This document shows, one piece after another, positions 37,916 to 51,694 of a stretch of 64,000 nt of DNA. The DNA is from Haliotis rubra (lineage: Eukaryota), in contig NW_025766002.1 in the NCBI RefSeq assembly GCF_003918875.1, positions 2,232,001 through 2,296,000 of the forward strand. The letters are read 5' to 3'. Under the pieces are notes generated by a model, which saw only the letters and a program-made list of their open reading frames with translations, was not told the DNA's origin and made no database searches. Positions within the stretch are counted from its first letter, which is position 1. Every line of letters starts with the position of its first letter. Position numbers and translations under genes: made by a program.

Positions 37916-38376
37916 CAGTGAAAACCTGATAAGTAAAATTTCAAGGGACTCGCCAAAATTGTTTACTTATCAGGTATTTTACTTATCCAAACTTATAAAA
38001 ACCTGCAAATGACAACCATAGGCATGTATATGTATGCATATGTAACAATGAACAACTTATCAGGGCTGGCCTCCAGTTGTTAGTGTATTGTCAACTGCTT
38101 GACGCCAGCGAGCTGTAAGTAGGATGTTTGTTTGACTGGAGACTGACACGACTGCCCCTTATGTCGGATTATGTGGTGATCGCTAATTTAGTTAACCAGT
38201 CTCGTTTGTTAAGTAATTTACTTCCAGGGACCATGAGAAGACGTTTACTTATCCGAGTTTAGTTAACAGGACTCTAATAGTGATAATTAATGAAGAAATT
38301 TGCCGGGGACCAAAGAAAAGAGTTTACTTATCAGGTCTGTTTAGTTAAGCGGTCTTTACTTAGGCGGTTTCCACTG
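37916..38376. mobile_element. Tc1/mariner-type MITE
   Basis: TA|CAGTG...CACTG|TA with subterminal TTTACTTATC repeats. Confidence 0.75.
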
Positions 38377-38399
38377 TATTTGCCTGTTGATAATTAGTT

Positions 38400-38567
38400 T
38401 GGGTTGGTTGGGGTAGCCTAGTTGTTAAAGCATTCACTCGTCATACCGAAGACCCGGGTCTGATTCCCCACCTAGGTACAATGTGTGAACCCATTTCTGG
38501 TTTCCCCCTCCATGATATTGCTGAAATATTGCTGAAAGCAGCGTAAAACCATACATACTCACTCACT
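38400..38567 (+). mobile_element. SINE family 1
   Basis: Consensus match. Confidence 0.8.
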
Positions 38568-39033
38568 GATAATTAGAAGTAGATGCAATGACTGAAGTAA
38601 CTGTAGACGGGCTTTGCACAGAAGGTGTTCACATGACTATAACAATGGGTCCAGGTTCATTAACCAAGTATCTATACAGACAATACTGAATTATGGTAAT
38701 ACAGTTTGTTGCATCAAATGTTGGGTTGGTCTCTTGCCAACTTAACCACCTATTAGTGTTTATCTTATCATTTAGGAATGGCCTAAAAAATGATCTCAAC
38801 ACATGAACCATTATCAGGGAATCACACTATTGTTGTAGATCTAGTTGATTCTGAACCTGGAATTTTTTGACCATTCTAAATATTCAAGTTTTAATGACAC
38901 AAGGATTGGTCATGATGTGAGATTATAGAGAGAAATTACAGATATATGTATGAACTATACATTTCAAGTCAGCAAAATCACCAGATTCTGCTGATTTTGG
39001 AGGGTGAATCAACAAGCACCTTCAGCATGTTCA

Positions 39034-39200
39034 AGGGCGAAGGGGTAGCCTAATGGTTCAAGTGTTCACTTGTCACGCCAAAGACCCTGGTTTGATTCCC
39101 CACATGGGTACGTTGTGTGAAGCCCATTTCTAGTGTCCCCCGCTGTGATGTTGTTGGAATATTGTTAAAAGCCATGTAAAACCCAACTTGCTCACTCACT
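39034..39200 (+). mobile_element. SINE family 1
   Basis: TSD CTTCAGCATGTTCAAG. Confidence 0.85.
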
Positions 39201-42200
39201 TCAGCATGTTCAAGACTTGCAGACTTTCACGTACTCATGTTAACCACTCTCAATAACATGTTCAGTTGAAAGTGTTCATAATAAGTCAATGTTTGGATTT
39301 TCATTATCCATACAGTTTTTAGTTCATGTAGAAAGAGGTCATAGTTCATAAGCATGATAAACCTACAGAGACAAAATATTGACTAGAAACATAAAAAGAT
39401 GGATGCTGAGGTATTTTTCTAACACACAATTCATCAGATCTGAATAAATGATATATGCTAGCATGTCACTGGATCTACCTTCGGCTATGAACGTATGCAG
39501 AGATGTAGAGAATAAACTTTACCATCTGGTGGTGCAAACTGAACTGCACATATGTATAGACTTTGAAAGAAAGACTGCTAAGTATTGTCTGTTTGTTTTT
39601 GTTTTGTCTTTAATGACAGAAAATTTCTCCACTTTTTATTGCGCACTGACAAAAGTGCACAAATGAAAGCAACATTTTTTTTAACAACATTACAGAAACT
39701 GTGAGGAGAGAAACTGAATAATGCTGTAAATGGTGAATTAGTAACAAGTCAGAAAAGGCGAATTTTACAGTGGACCAAACATTCAAAGGTCATTTTCAGT
39801 AATCTGTTTTGCCTAAAATGAGCGTTCCACGACACAAAAGAAATTTCTTACCTAGTGTTTTGTGTGTATGATGTATGTTAAATTTTCTGTAAGGGTTTGA
39901 GAGGAGGAAAAATTATATACATGTCACTGTGGCATCCAGGTAGATAGTGTATCTACATTTCATTAAGTTTTCGAATGTATGGCGTATAAAAAATTGGTGG
40001 CTATGTTTCCATGAACCGTGCTTACAATTTATAGCAATGTAGTTGTACATGGTTAAAGTCTGTTTATCAGGTTGAAAGGAAATGGGACTGATCAGGTGGT
40101 AGTATGTTCCCAGGAAGCAGATAAAACACTGCTGTATCTCATCACAGAATTAAGTCTTCCCTTAAGTCAACACTGTATCAGTCTGGTTGGCATTAAAGTG
40201 TAGACTACAATAACACACAAATGTATATTACTGTTTTCATGGCTTGACAAGTCTTAAGGCTGTTTTCGCATGGTTTGAGTTGTCTGTGAAAATGTTCATG
40301 CCTGTTGGTGACCTGATTATGTTGATATTGCAAGGATGGCACAACCACTTGTGAAAGTGTCATGGATTTCAGGTTATATGATGAGATAAGTAAATGATCC
40401 ATTTATTATATATTTCCAGTCTGAAAACCATAGTGTAACTGACTGACACTAGTATGCTAACATGTTATTCCACATGATGTTGTACTGGGATAATTTTGAA
40501 ATACTTGTCAAAGCTGCCAAAACGATTTTAAAATGCCCCCTAATAAAGAAACTGTTTATCATAAACAGTAACATCTCCCTATTCAGCATATATACTGTTC
40601 AAATGATATGACCACCCACTAGCTTTAAATAGTATGGAAGATTAACTATGGTAATATGTAGGAATCAGGTGGTCCTTTCCTTTTATTGTATAAGTTTGGT
40701 CATGCAAAAAGAAACCCAACCCCAGATGCCATATGAAAAGACACAATGTGAAATCAAAACCACCCTGTTGAATGTTCCAAGTTGTCATTAAATCACTGTT
40801 GGCGTTATTTGAAATCAGAATTATTTAGGATTACAGTATACATTTAAGTTACTGGACATCTTTTTAGTGTTGATGATTAACATTGATACTAGTCCATTCA
40901 CTGCTATGCAAAAATCTCATTTTGTAAGGATGTAGTGCACAGATTGAAAGTGATGAACACCCATGTAGAGGAACATTTAAACCTAGTTGTTTGTTGGTGT
41001 CAACAGTTTTAACCTTTTTTCATACAAATACTTGTTAGAACATTTTTGTTTTATTTTGGATGTATTTATTCCTTGAGCAATATGAATCAGAGCTTTATTG
41101 TTATCTTGACCATTCAGTTTACTCACATAGTCAGCCTGTATAGTCTCACCTTAAACCATGTTAGTTTTGTTGCCTTATACAAACCTCTTCCATTAATGCA
41201 TTTCTTATGATTGCCTCTTGTTTTTGTGAATACAATATTTGTTACTTACATTAAATATAAGTTATCTTTATGAAGTTGCCTTTGTCTGTATTCTGGAGCT
41301 AGTAGGGTACCCAGCTGCTTAAGCATATGGTTGTTCAGTGTTTCTCATGGGAACTTCCGGATGCTGCTTGAATATTTTGCCAAAAGTGGCAGTAAACCAA
41401 CACTTAATCATTTCAGTTCCTGATGTGATCTGTGAGTTTGTAAAATATTCACATATTTACAAGAGAGAAAGATTATAATATCTAGTATATATAATCCAGT
41501 TTAACTGTAAATTTAATGGACAGGTTTGTAAGCTGACTGAAACGTTCATATATAACACCTCAGTGAATCATGAAATTAGCTGACTGACTGTACACACTGA
41601 CTTCAATATACATGTACATGTCTAGCACTGTGAGATTGTTGACCTCCGCTGTGTTTTCCAACCAAACCTGTTCTCAGAAAGAGTTGAATTTATTTCACTT
41701 TCTTTATGAGGAATGTTGTCTGAAACAATGTCTGGGGCAATGACATCTGAAAAAGATTTGCCTACATGATTCGTCATGTAACTCTTCTTTTAAACTGATC
41801 TTTGAAACTGAAACTTGCCTCTACACATGATATATCACGGCATGGAAACACACTAAACATATCATTACTGCCATTCTTAACTCATCACTTTCTATCTAGA
41901 GCTGTCAGCAATATGAAAAACCAATGCTGTACGAAAGACCTTCTGTTCGTTTCAGATTATATAGTTATGACAAAACATAACCTGCCTGAGGTCATGAAGA
42001 AATATTCATTGACTTTTCACTTACGTTATCCTTTTAACAATTCTTGCTCACCTTGCACAGGAAACATTACATTCATGCGGTTGACATTGTACAACTCACA
42101 AGTTCAATTACGCTGTAGGAACTTAATCTGTAAAGGAACGTTTTAATACAAGCATCACTTTTAACGCTAACCGTGGAATTGTGACGTGAAACATCTGTGA

Positions 42201-42305
42201 CGTCATAGACAGCCACGCAGACTTGGCGATGACACGGTAGCAGCTGACATGAACTGGGCAAGGGACACGGACGTTGGAGGTTTTTAAGTTACGAACTTCT
42301 GTACA

Positions 42306-42797
42306 ATGGATGTCATATGTGGAAAGGTCTACCCGGTTCTGGAATGCATAGCCAAGAACAATGGCGCCCACGCTCCGGTGGTTTCAAGCGTAGTTTTCGC
42401 GGGGGCGTGCTACACTTTGAATTATCCCGCCCTGAAGAAAATTTTCAAGAAAAGGTTCCACAAACGTCTTCTTAAAGTTCTTTTGGTTGGACTCGGAGTG
42501 GGAAGCCTTGTTACACTTCTAGTTATGCTCACTGCAGTCCAGACACGATGGAGCATGTGTCGTCTGCTTCGTACGTCGGGCCTTGGAAAGTCGCAGCTCC
42601 AGTCAGCCACTGGATATGTCGTCTGCTTCAACATAATGTTTGCGTATCTTCGATCAAAGCTTCTAAGATTCACCTACGGGAGAGTGAAAGATATGGTGAT
42701 GTACTTCAGGTCCGGAGATGAGAAATGCAAGGACAATTTCTCGCACTACATTAAAAGGGAGCCCAAGATAACACGGAGTGGGACCATCTATGGTTAA
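42306..42797 (+). CDS. Intronless 163-aa putative membrane protein of unknown function
   Basis: Non-repetitive ORF with ACAATGG start, higher GC than its flanks, 2-3 hydrophobic segments, and CRE motifs upstream. Confidence 0.55.
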   Translation: MDVICGKVYPVLECIAKNNGAHAPVVSSVVFAGACYTLNYPALKKIFKKRFHKRLLKVLLVGLGVGSLVTLLVMLTAVQTRWSMCRLLRTSGLGKSQLQSATGYVVCFNIMFAYLRSKLLRFTYGRVKDMVMYFRSGDEKCKDNFSHYIKREPKITRSGTIYG

Positions 42798-43641
42798 CTG
42801 TACATATAATTTGTGTTGAAGGATACCCTGTTTTTAAACAAAGAACATCTCACAATAACCATGTTTAATCGTAGTCAGTGAACATTTTTAAAATATACTA
42901 TTTTGTGTACCATGATGTAATTTGAGATTCTTGTGAAACAAATGTGGAATAGGTTCATGATCGTCTTTCAGGCGACACAATTAGAATATATTATTGAAGT
43001 GGCAGAGCTTGCCACCTTCAGATTTGATGGATACATCGTGAGGAAATAGTATCTATTTGTTATGTATAGGAGTAATAATGAAGTTATAATGTCAATCTCG
43101 GCTAGAAGTAAACTTACTATTCTTAATGGGTGAATGTCTAATGATATAATGCTATTGAAATTACAATTGTTGAATTAATAAGATACGTTTTGTTTTGTGT
43201 AGTACCTTACAGATCTGATCACCATTGCCTTGAAAACGGACATTCTGAATGTCCAACAAGATTTATGTTTTGAAAAAGGTGGCAAAATTATTTTGTCCGT
43301 CATTTCTGGAACGTGTTTTGAAAGGAATACCGGTGTCCAGCGAATAATTAATGTTATAAAAACTATTTTTGCCCGTAATTACTGGAACATGTTTTAAGAA
43401 ATACCCAAACACCGAAAATGGAAACATGACAATATACAGGGCATTCAATATATTTATTGAGCCGAATAGATCGGTTCATATGGGCGTTGCCGTAAAGGTA
43501 ACCGTGAGAGCTTGAGGCGGGCTGTCCAGTCAGATGTTTGCGAGGCGCCTGTGGCCCTGTCGGTGCCATGAATCAGCGTTGTGATATATTATGTCGTTTG
43601 AGATCCATGCTAACGTCAGTAGCAGCGATGTTGATGGGAGC

Positions 43642-46600
43642 TCAAACACATAGGTTGCTCTGACAGCCACCTCGACACTTGGTGCACGGCTGGCCTTTGG
43701 TGTAAGGGTTGAAGCCCATGACGTTGCCCCTGGAGACAAAATCGGTACATGAACACACAGACAAGTATTTGTAAGGATAAAGAAGGGAGATATATATATT
43801 TAGCTATTCTGCTTGGAATCAAAACTTATGAATTTGAACAGAGAGAAGAGAGAATTCAACTTATTTGATTAATTTATACAAACCGCCCTCATATTTTTGG
43901 AATACTGCGGCGTCAAACAACAACGAACCGGAACATGGCGTTATGAAAGCAAGGGAGGCAACTCACGGCGGAGAGTAGAAGCAGGCGAGGAGGTACATAT
44001 CGGGACAGCGTTTGGCGGCACATCCCACGTTCGTGGTGGTGGACCAGATCATCTGTGGAGAAAGTAGCAGCATGGTCATGGTGGTCATGCAAGTAGATGT
44101 GTAGAACTCCCCTGCTGACTAAGTTCAATATATACCTACACCTGGGAGGCTTGGCGCTGCCTTGTGCCGTGATTTCGTCTCCCAACAACCTAAGCCAAAT
44201 AGTTACCTTCAAATGAAGCCCGATATTTTCACAAACTATTCCACGTTTCTGGTCTATTCTACCAAAAGGGCTTACTTCAAAATGCCCCTATCATTTGTCA
44301 AGCCACGTATTGTTTGGTGTTCTTAATCAGGTAACATTGTATGGGGGCTAAAGCTCCTCTCAGCAGGATATAGGTATCGCATAGACCACCTGATCACAGT
44401 CAGCGTTAGTTCTCATCCCTCTCCACATACCGGGCGGTATGATTAGTGGTTAAAGTGTTCGTTCGTCACGCCGAAGACCCAGGTTCTATTCCCCATATTA
44501 TTTGGGTAAAATGTGTGAAGCCGATATCTGGTGTCCCCCGCCGTGGTATAGATGGGATATTGGTAAAAGCGGCGTAAAACGTAACTCACTCACTCTCCAT
44601 GACAGTTATTCGTCCAGTGGTGAGAGCAATAGCACAATAAGTGGGTTACCGGGTTCAGTTCTCAAACTGAGTACCTTGTGCAGTACGCTCTTGCCCCGCA
44701 CACAATATATAATACATGTAGTAAATACATTACAATGCACAAGCAATATCTCGTAATCACAAGTGTCATATGACTTACCTGTGTGTAATGGCCGGTAGCA
44801 GGCGAGAATTCATCCCCGTACTGCCAGCTGTGTTTCTCATTGTACCAGCCGTTGATGCCGTATTCGACGAGGCTGTCGATGTTCATGAGAGACCCTCCGA
44901 CCATAGCGAGGTTCTCCCCCCCCGCACCCCTTGGTGCTCCATCACACAGCGTTGTATCCACGAGTGTGCCTCACTCGCAAGCTGCTTGTCCCACCGCTGA
45001 AGACGTAATCATCATCATCATCATCATCATCATCGATACTGTCATTTTCTTCTTCATAATTGGGGGCGGTGGGGTAGCCTAGTGGTGAGAGCGTTCGCTC
45101 CTCACGCCGAAGGCTCGGGTTCGATTCCCCACATGGGTACAATTTGTGAAGCCCATTTCTGGTGTCCCCCCGCCGTGATATTGCTGGAATATTGCTAAAA
45201 ATCGGCGTAAAACCATAGTCAGTCAGTCAGTCTTCTTCATAATTAATATCATCATCACCATCATCGATTTTATTCTCGTCTTCACCCCTGTTATGAAAGC
45301 GACCACCATCATCATCAACACCGTCCATATCATCGTCCTCGTGACCATTACCAGAAACAATCAGTATCATTATCTTTTTTATCAACAGTATAACCAACGT
45401 TGTCACCATTATGTGATCTTAAACAACATTATATTACAATGATATCTTTTGTTATCTTCTCATTGTTATTATCATCTTAATCACCGACATTATAACACTA
45501 TCATCATCATCATCATCATCATCAATAACGTTTGTATCTTTCAACATCAACAGCTTCATCAATAGGCATCAATGAAGGTTTCTACGTTTTCTAAGATCAT
45601 ATTATTTATACAAACCTCTCTGTACCTAAACACGGAAAGTACGATTGTGAAAGAAGTGTCCCGTTTCTCTGCTTTCCATTCGTGTCCAACTCGTGTTATT
45701 ATGGAAAGTGGTGACGAATGCGCTAGGGAGACGAGTCTCCTTGCAGTTTCGTCGCCACTCGCCCCTTTCCGTAAGCATGACGTTTCCTTTCCGATCAACT
45801 TGTCCCGGACTGACACGAGTTGGTCCCGAAAGGGTTCAACAGCGTACCGTGCCATGACCTGTTTTGACCACTGTTATTGTTAACAACCACTTCACAAAGA
45901 TAAGATCATGTGTTTGAAGAAAGATAGCTTTGTCACGTGGCACCTCAGCCGTGATCGTCTAGAGGTTAGGACTTTGCGTTGTGGCCGCAAGAACCCCGGT
46001 TCGAATCCGGGTCACGGCAGGTGTCTCTATGTTTTAAAGTAATATTTTGACCAAAACTAATGATTGATGAATTTAAGAACTTTATTTTGATTCGGAAATC
46101 AACCCTAGAAGTCCGGACTTATGAGCCAACACGTTAACCTAGTGTTAGGTGAACAGGTAAATCTCAATCTCAATCGAACTCCTCTACCTCCAACCAAAGC
46201 GTGTTTACCATTGGCGGTTCAGACCCTTCAGGATTCGATGTAAGGACATCCGTACTTTTGCATGACACCCAACAAGAAAGCGGGTGAGCGAAAAAATATA
46301 ATTAAAAATAGAAAAATGGTTGTCAGTAATTTTTATGGTTTTAAAAAAATAATTTGTGATGTAGATAGAGTCGCTTTACTTTGGAAACATTTTTTAAAAT
46401 AAAAATAAGAATGAAACAGGTCTGGTTTTCGTCTTATGTACAAGGATAAGAGTGTACTTTTATCGCGTCAGGGCATAAGTTTCCCCAGCAGCGGGCAAAT
46501 TTGAGTTAAGGTAACTTTGTATTAATTTACGCCAGAACGAAAAATCAGGGCGGGCGGGAAATGGAAAACAGAAAAGCATACGTACACCAAAGAACATAGG

Positions 46601-49600
46601 TATGTGTCGTAGGTAGAGAGCCTTTGAGTATTAAAATCTATAAGCGATTTATTTCACATTGGCATAAATTAGCCTCTGAGAACACATATTGGAAGCCATC
46701 CCAGATTATATATAACTGTGTTAACCACATCTGTGACAATACAAATAAAGTTCCATGGCTACGTTTTGTGAAATATATCCTTGATAACTGCGGTCTATCC
46801 TACGTGTTTCTAAATCCGTCTGTATGTTCTACGCCCTGGCTTGTCTCAATGGTCGAAAACACCTATAGAGCCCAGTTTTTCCAAAATTGGAAGTCAAATG
46901 TTGATTCAAGTTCCAAGGGGGATTATTATAAATATTTCAAAACCCAACCAATCTTAGAAAAATATCTTCTTCTTCCCAAAAATATATACTACCCAATTTT
47001 GAAGTTTAGAACATCTAACCATAAAATACCAATTGAGACAGGCCGATGGTTTGGCATTCCACGTGAAGACAGACAATGTCCACTTTGTGAATCATACGCT
47101 GTTGGAGACGAGTTTCACTACTTGTTTAAATATGAAGCTTTTCTCCAATTCCGACGTGAGTCTCTGAACACTAAATACCTAGAATTTCCAAATTTGTCCA
47201 TCTTTAAGAAACTCTTGTCTACTACCAGCATAAGCGACCTTAAAGGCCTTTCTAAATTACTGAACCATGTATTTAATGCATTTAAAAAATGAAATACTGT
47301 TGTTATCTTATATCTTGCTATCGTGTAAGCTGCTGTCTTGTATATTATGTAAATGTATATACGTTTATCTCATGTACCGCCGTTAGCGGTTTGTAGAGAA
47401 TAAAGAGTTTGAGTTTACAGAGCAACCTATGCACATCGCCCGGGGCGAATGACGGGCTCATAATCTCGGTGATTGCGTCATCGCATTCCCATATTACATG
47501 TATATGGTTCATTGATCATGATTTCAAACTGGTGTCCCCCCGCCGTGATATTGCTGGAATATTGCTAAAAGCGGCGTAAAACTAAACTCACTCACTCACT
47601 CAAACTCATATTACTGAGTACGTTGTTAAACAAACAAACCAATCACTGGATAGTCTAGCTCAACGACGGATGAGCCTGGATTCTGTGTTAAACAGCGTGC
47701 CACTAAGTGACCAATGTACACGCACTTCTACAAGATAAGATCAGGTTTTGGAAGAAACAGCACTTTGTCAAGTGGCACTACAGCCGTGATCGTCTAGAGG
47801 TTAGGACTTTGCGTTGTGGCCGCAAGAACCCCGGTTCGAATCCGGGTCACGGCAGGTGTCTATGTTTTTGAAGTAGCATTTTCGACATAAATTATGTTTG
47901 ATGAATTACCAAACTTCGAGTGTTGTCTTCATTAGATGAATGTGTCATGTTTCGTCAGGAAAACAAATAGAGCAAATACAAATATATATAATCTCTACAC
48001 ATATATGTTAGCCTTCATAATTCAAACCATTATGGCGCAATATATGTGTATATTTCAGTCATTATTCTCAACTCTCAATTCTACGTTTTGCGTCCCTATT
48101 GTTGGACTTCTACAGTGGTCTAACGGATAGAAACGTCAGGCCTAAACCCGTTAAAAGATGGTACTTGATGTTTCCCTGCCTGGCGTTCGGCATTATGACG
48201 ATAATACAAGATAGGGTCATTTCAGAGTCATTAAGTGAGTGGGCCAATGCTCTACTGGTATGACTGAGGACTAGATGACGCACCCGCACACACGCGAGCA
48301 TGGAAGTCGCAATAAAACCGGATTGCATTAACCTTGAACGGAACAATAAACCCCACCTGACTTCACCCTATCCTGCGGCTGACGAATAAATAAGTGCTAT
48401 TCCCTAATCATGATTTTCGTCATCTGTCAATCTCTCCCAACTGTCGGCACCGTCTGAAAGACTGTCATGTCTTGTCTTAACCTTTGATCGGTATTCTGCA
48501 TTGACAGCACGTTGACATCTACGCCCTGAAGGATCAAAGATGTATGAGGTTTTAACGGACACTAGTGACCTCCACACTGGTGTTGTTTATGCGATGGAGG
48601 AGTAATATTTTCACCTTGTTTACCCGAACATTTGGTTTCATTTACATTTGATATTGCTCATTAGGACAAATTTTATTATGAACGTAAGTTTTGTCATAGT
48701 GAAATCATTTCAGAATTCTTCAGTTTGGATTGACGGGCTGAAACAAATTGACCTTTATCACCCTCGATTATAAACATATTATACCTACATTCCATTGAGA
48801 CAAACACCAAGGCCGCATTTAGTTTCAGATATATATGAATTTCATTATAATATTTATTATTTATTATTACTGTATATGGCATCACCACTCCATCGTTCCG
48901 ATCGCTGACTTTCCCTCACTCACTCAAATGCCTACCGGGTATTTAGTCGTGGATATTTATCAGCAAATGGAGATATGATTTACTGGATGATCGTGGATAA
49001 AAAATACGGGGTACCAGAGACCATGGATATATCGAAGTTCGTCCCATCCAAAGTTCACTGCATCCATACAGCTGTGGAAAATGTTTTATAAAACAGGCGA
49101 ATATGTCCGATATAAACTTTACATGCGTCTGACATACACTCGTGAATCAAATATACACAGATGCATCTGATATACAAAATGTATATCTGACATAAACACA
49201 TGCATCTGATGCACACATGTGCATCTCATACACAGATGCATCTGACATACACGCAGAAAAGCATTCAAAAACATTTATAACCAGAATGCGATTGTCCTGT
49301 TCTTACCATGAGGTGCATGTCGGCAGCTTGAAGTTCCAGTCGCGCCTGGTTGTGGGCGGTGAGCAGTTGTTGGATGTGTCCTTGCGTCAAACCATATTTG
49401 GACGAGGCTCCTCCCGTACCGGAAGTCGGCGGCAAGGCAGGAATGACACTGCGGCCACTGTTAACTCTGGGTTGAATAGTACTTCTCTGATTTTGGTTGA
49501 TGATGTCCATTCCATTTAATCCAAACTGACTTCCAAATGATTGAAATACATCCGGGATTCTTTGTCGGCGAACCTGTTGCCTCCGTTGAGTGGTTCTCTG

Positions 49601-50047
49601 AGGCAGTCTCCGGATGGTCCAGCTGAAGCTTCTCTGTCCCGGAAGTGACCTCATTCTTTGGAGAAGTCCAGGGAGGTCTAGGCCACCAACACCATCTCGG
49701 GAATTCCCAGAATATTCAATCCTCCTTGTCCTTCCAGCACTTTCCGGATACGACCTTGTGGGTGTCCTTGATACTCTGATTGTCCTTGTGGTTGGTCGGG
49801 GTGCGGACAACATGATTCTACCCGCCGGACTAGTGTATGCGTTACTACTGGATCGAATCATGACGTTCCTCTGGGGTAGCATGTCTGCCCCTCCTAATAA
49901 ACCGTCAGTGAAATGGACACCCCCGATGTCCCCATGGTCCGATAAGATCAGTCCTTGTCCGAAGTCAAAGTTACCAATTCCTTGACCAGGGATTTCAACG
50001 ATGCTGAGAAAGCAGAGCAGCAGTGACACCGCGTTTGTGAACGACAT
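43642..50047 (-). CDS. Secreted CAP/SCP protein with a long R/G/S/Q-rich N-terminal extension; exons 50047-49307, 44996-44779, 44052-43967, 43729-43642; frameshift at 44916-44923
   Basis: Signal peptide MSFTNAVSLLLCFLSIV; CAP motifs HNQAR, WDKQLA, GENL, WYNE, GHYTQ/MIW, VGC, CFYSPPGN. TATAAA at 50149-50144. Confidence 0.85.
44431..44597 (+). mobile_element. SINE family 1
   Basis: Consensus match. Confidence 0.8.
45062..45230 (+). mobile_element. SINE family 1 inside an (ATC)n tract
   Basis: 14-bp TSD TCTTCTTCATAATT. Confidence 0.9.
45948..46019 (+). tRNA. tRNA-His(GTG)
   Basis: 72-nt cloverleaf; GCCGTGA/TCACGGC acceptor stem; TTGCG-TTGTGGC-CGCAA anticodon arm; T run downstream. Confidence 0.95.
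46624..47417 (+). mobile_element. 5'-truncated LINE (ORF2 C-terminus and 3' UTR)
   Basis: KFRTSNHKIPIETGRW...CPLC...GDEFHYLF zinc-knuckle end, then AATAAA and a (GAGTTT)n tail. Confidence 0.85.
47783..47854 (+). tRNA. tRNA-His(GTG)
   Basis: Identical to 45948-46019; T5 terminator downstream. Confidence 0.95.
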
Positions 50048-50473
50048 CCTTCTGAAATAACTGCCGTTAAAATTCACGAACCAACAATCTTACAGTGCTG
50101 CTCGAAATATTTCGACAATATGCTGTCAGGAATGGCGGTGGTGTTTATAGACAATACCAAATTAAGACACACTTGATATTTCCCGAGGTTGCTGTCGCCG
50201 AATGATGCAGGTACTGTCACTGGCGGGATGAGGGGGTGAGATCACAGGGACCTTTATAGCTGCAGGGGAGGGGTGTAACGCGTGGTGACTGGAAGATTGA
50301 AGTGTGGGTCCTGTGTGTGACACAGGCCCCAGGCAGGAAGTGAAACTTGATAGCTTTATCACGTAGGTGCTTTACGAGACACTATCACACACACGGGCTC
50401 TGTGATGTAATGTTTCATCCGTTAAAAACGTTATATAACAAAACTTCAACATTTTCCCTGCTCATATACAAGT

Positions 50474-50836
50474 GAGGTGAGGTGAGGTGAGGTGAAATTG
50501 GGTTTTACGTCGTGCTTGAGAATATTTCGCTCATATGACGACGTGCATGCGTGTGTATGTGTATGTGCGGCTGCTTGTACTAGCCCAGACTTAAGCTGGT
50601 TTTATAGTGCTAGCCCACTGAGATACCATGCCGCAGTGAAGCATGAATACCCCACTCAGACACATTATACTGACTCCGAGCCGACCAGTCCTTTTTGTAC
50701 CCATTAATGCCGAGCGCCAGGCAGGGACCAACAAGTACCATATTTTAACGTCTTTTGGTATGACGCGGTCGGGGATCGAACCCGCGACCTTCCGCTCTCC
50801 GGGCGGACGCTCTAACCACTACACCACGGAGGCGGT
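50474..50836 (-). mobile_element. V-SINE-like element (family 3), full length
   Basis: 13-bp TSD CTCATATACAAGT. Confidence 0.9.
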
Positions 50837-51559
50837 CTCATATACAAGTAAGTATAAGTCTACCCTCAAACTTTATTGAATAAACACATGTTGAAGCCAC
50901 CATTTTGGAATTATGTATCAATATGTTTGTTGTCTGTAGTTCCGTCTAACTGTTACCATGCAAGTATATCCTTTGAATACGGGCAGTAACTGTAACTGTA
51001 GCAGTAGATGTAGCAGTGAGTGTAGATGTAGGAGTAACTGTAGCAGTAACTGAAACTAGTTCAAAACGACATTGAACCATACTCGACATTACTCAGTCAC
51101 TACAATGTTCGTGACACCCGTGTTCATGCAAGCTGATGGTTTATCTGACAATACTTTTGTGTTTGATATTGGCGCCGAAACGGCCAGACGACTTCCCTTT
51201 AAATCACTCATGTAAATAGGTTTTACTTTTTTTTTATATCAACTCAAAAGACAATAGTAGCCTTTGGTACAATTGGTAAAATTTGATAGATATAGCGGAA
51301 TGGGGCTGGGGTGGTGTGTGTGTGTCGGGGCATTGGTGGCTACATGGTTTTTTCCCCGACCCATGTACAGAATGTGGTGGCTACGTGAAACACATAAAAA
51401 ACATACGCCGCGTGTCAACAATTACGGTCAAGGAACACTGGGTCATTAAGTTTTCTGACGTAAACCCTTGTTTCAAAAATCTTCCAGAGAGTCGAAATTA
51501 TTGATTATCAGTCGCATTAAACATCTATTCTATTATGATAAGTGTATTGATATTCCCAG

Positions 51560-51694
51560 CTTTAGCGATATTCCCTTAATATCACGGCGGGGGACACCAA
51601 ATGATAGGCCTCATTCACTGTATTCACGGTGGGAATTGAACCTGGGTCTTCGGTGTGATGAGCGAACGTTTCAGCCACTAGGCTACCTCACTGT
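51560..51694 (-). mobile_element. SINE family 1, diverged
   Basis: Partial consensus match. Confidence 0.7.
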
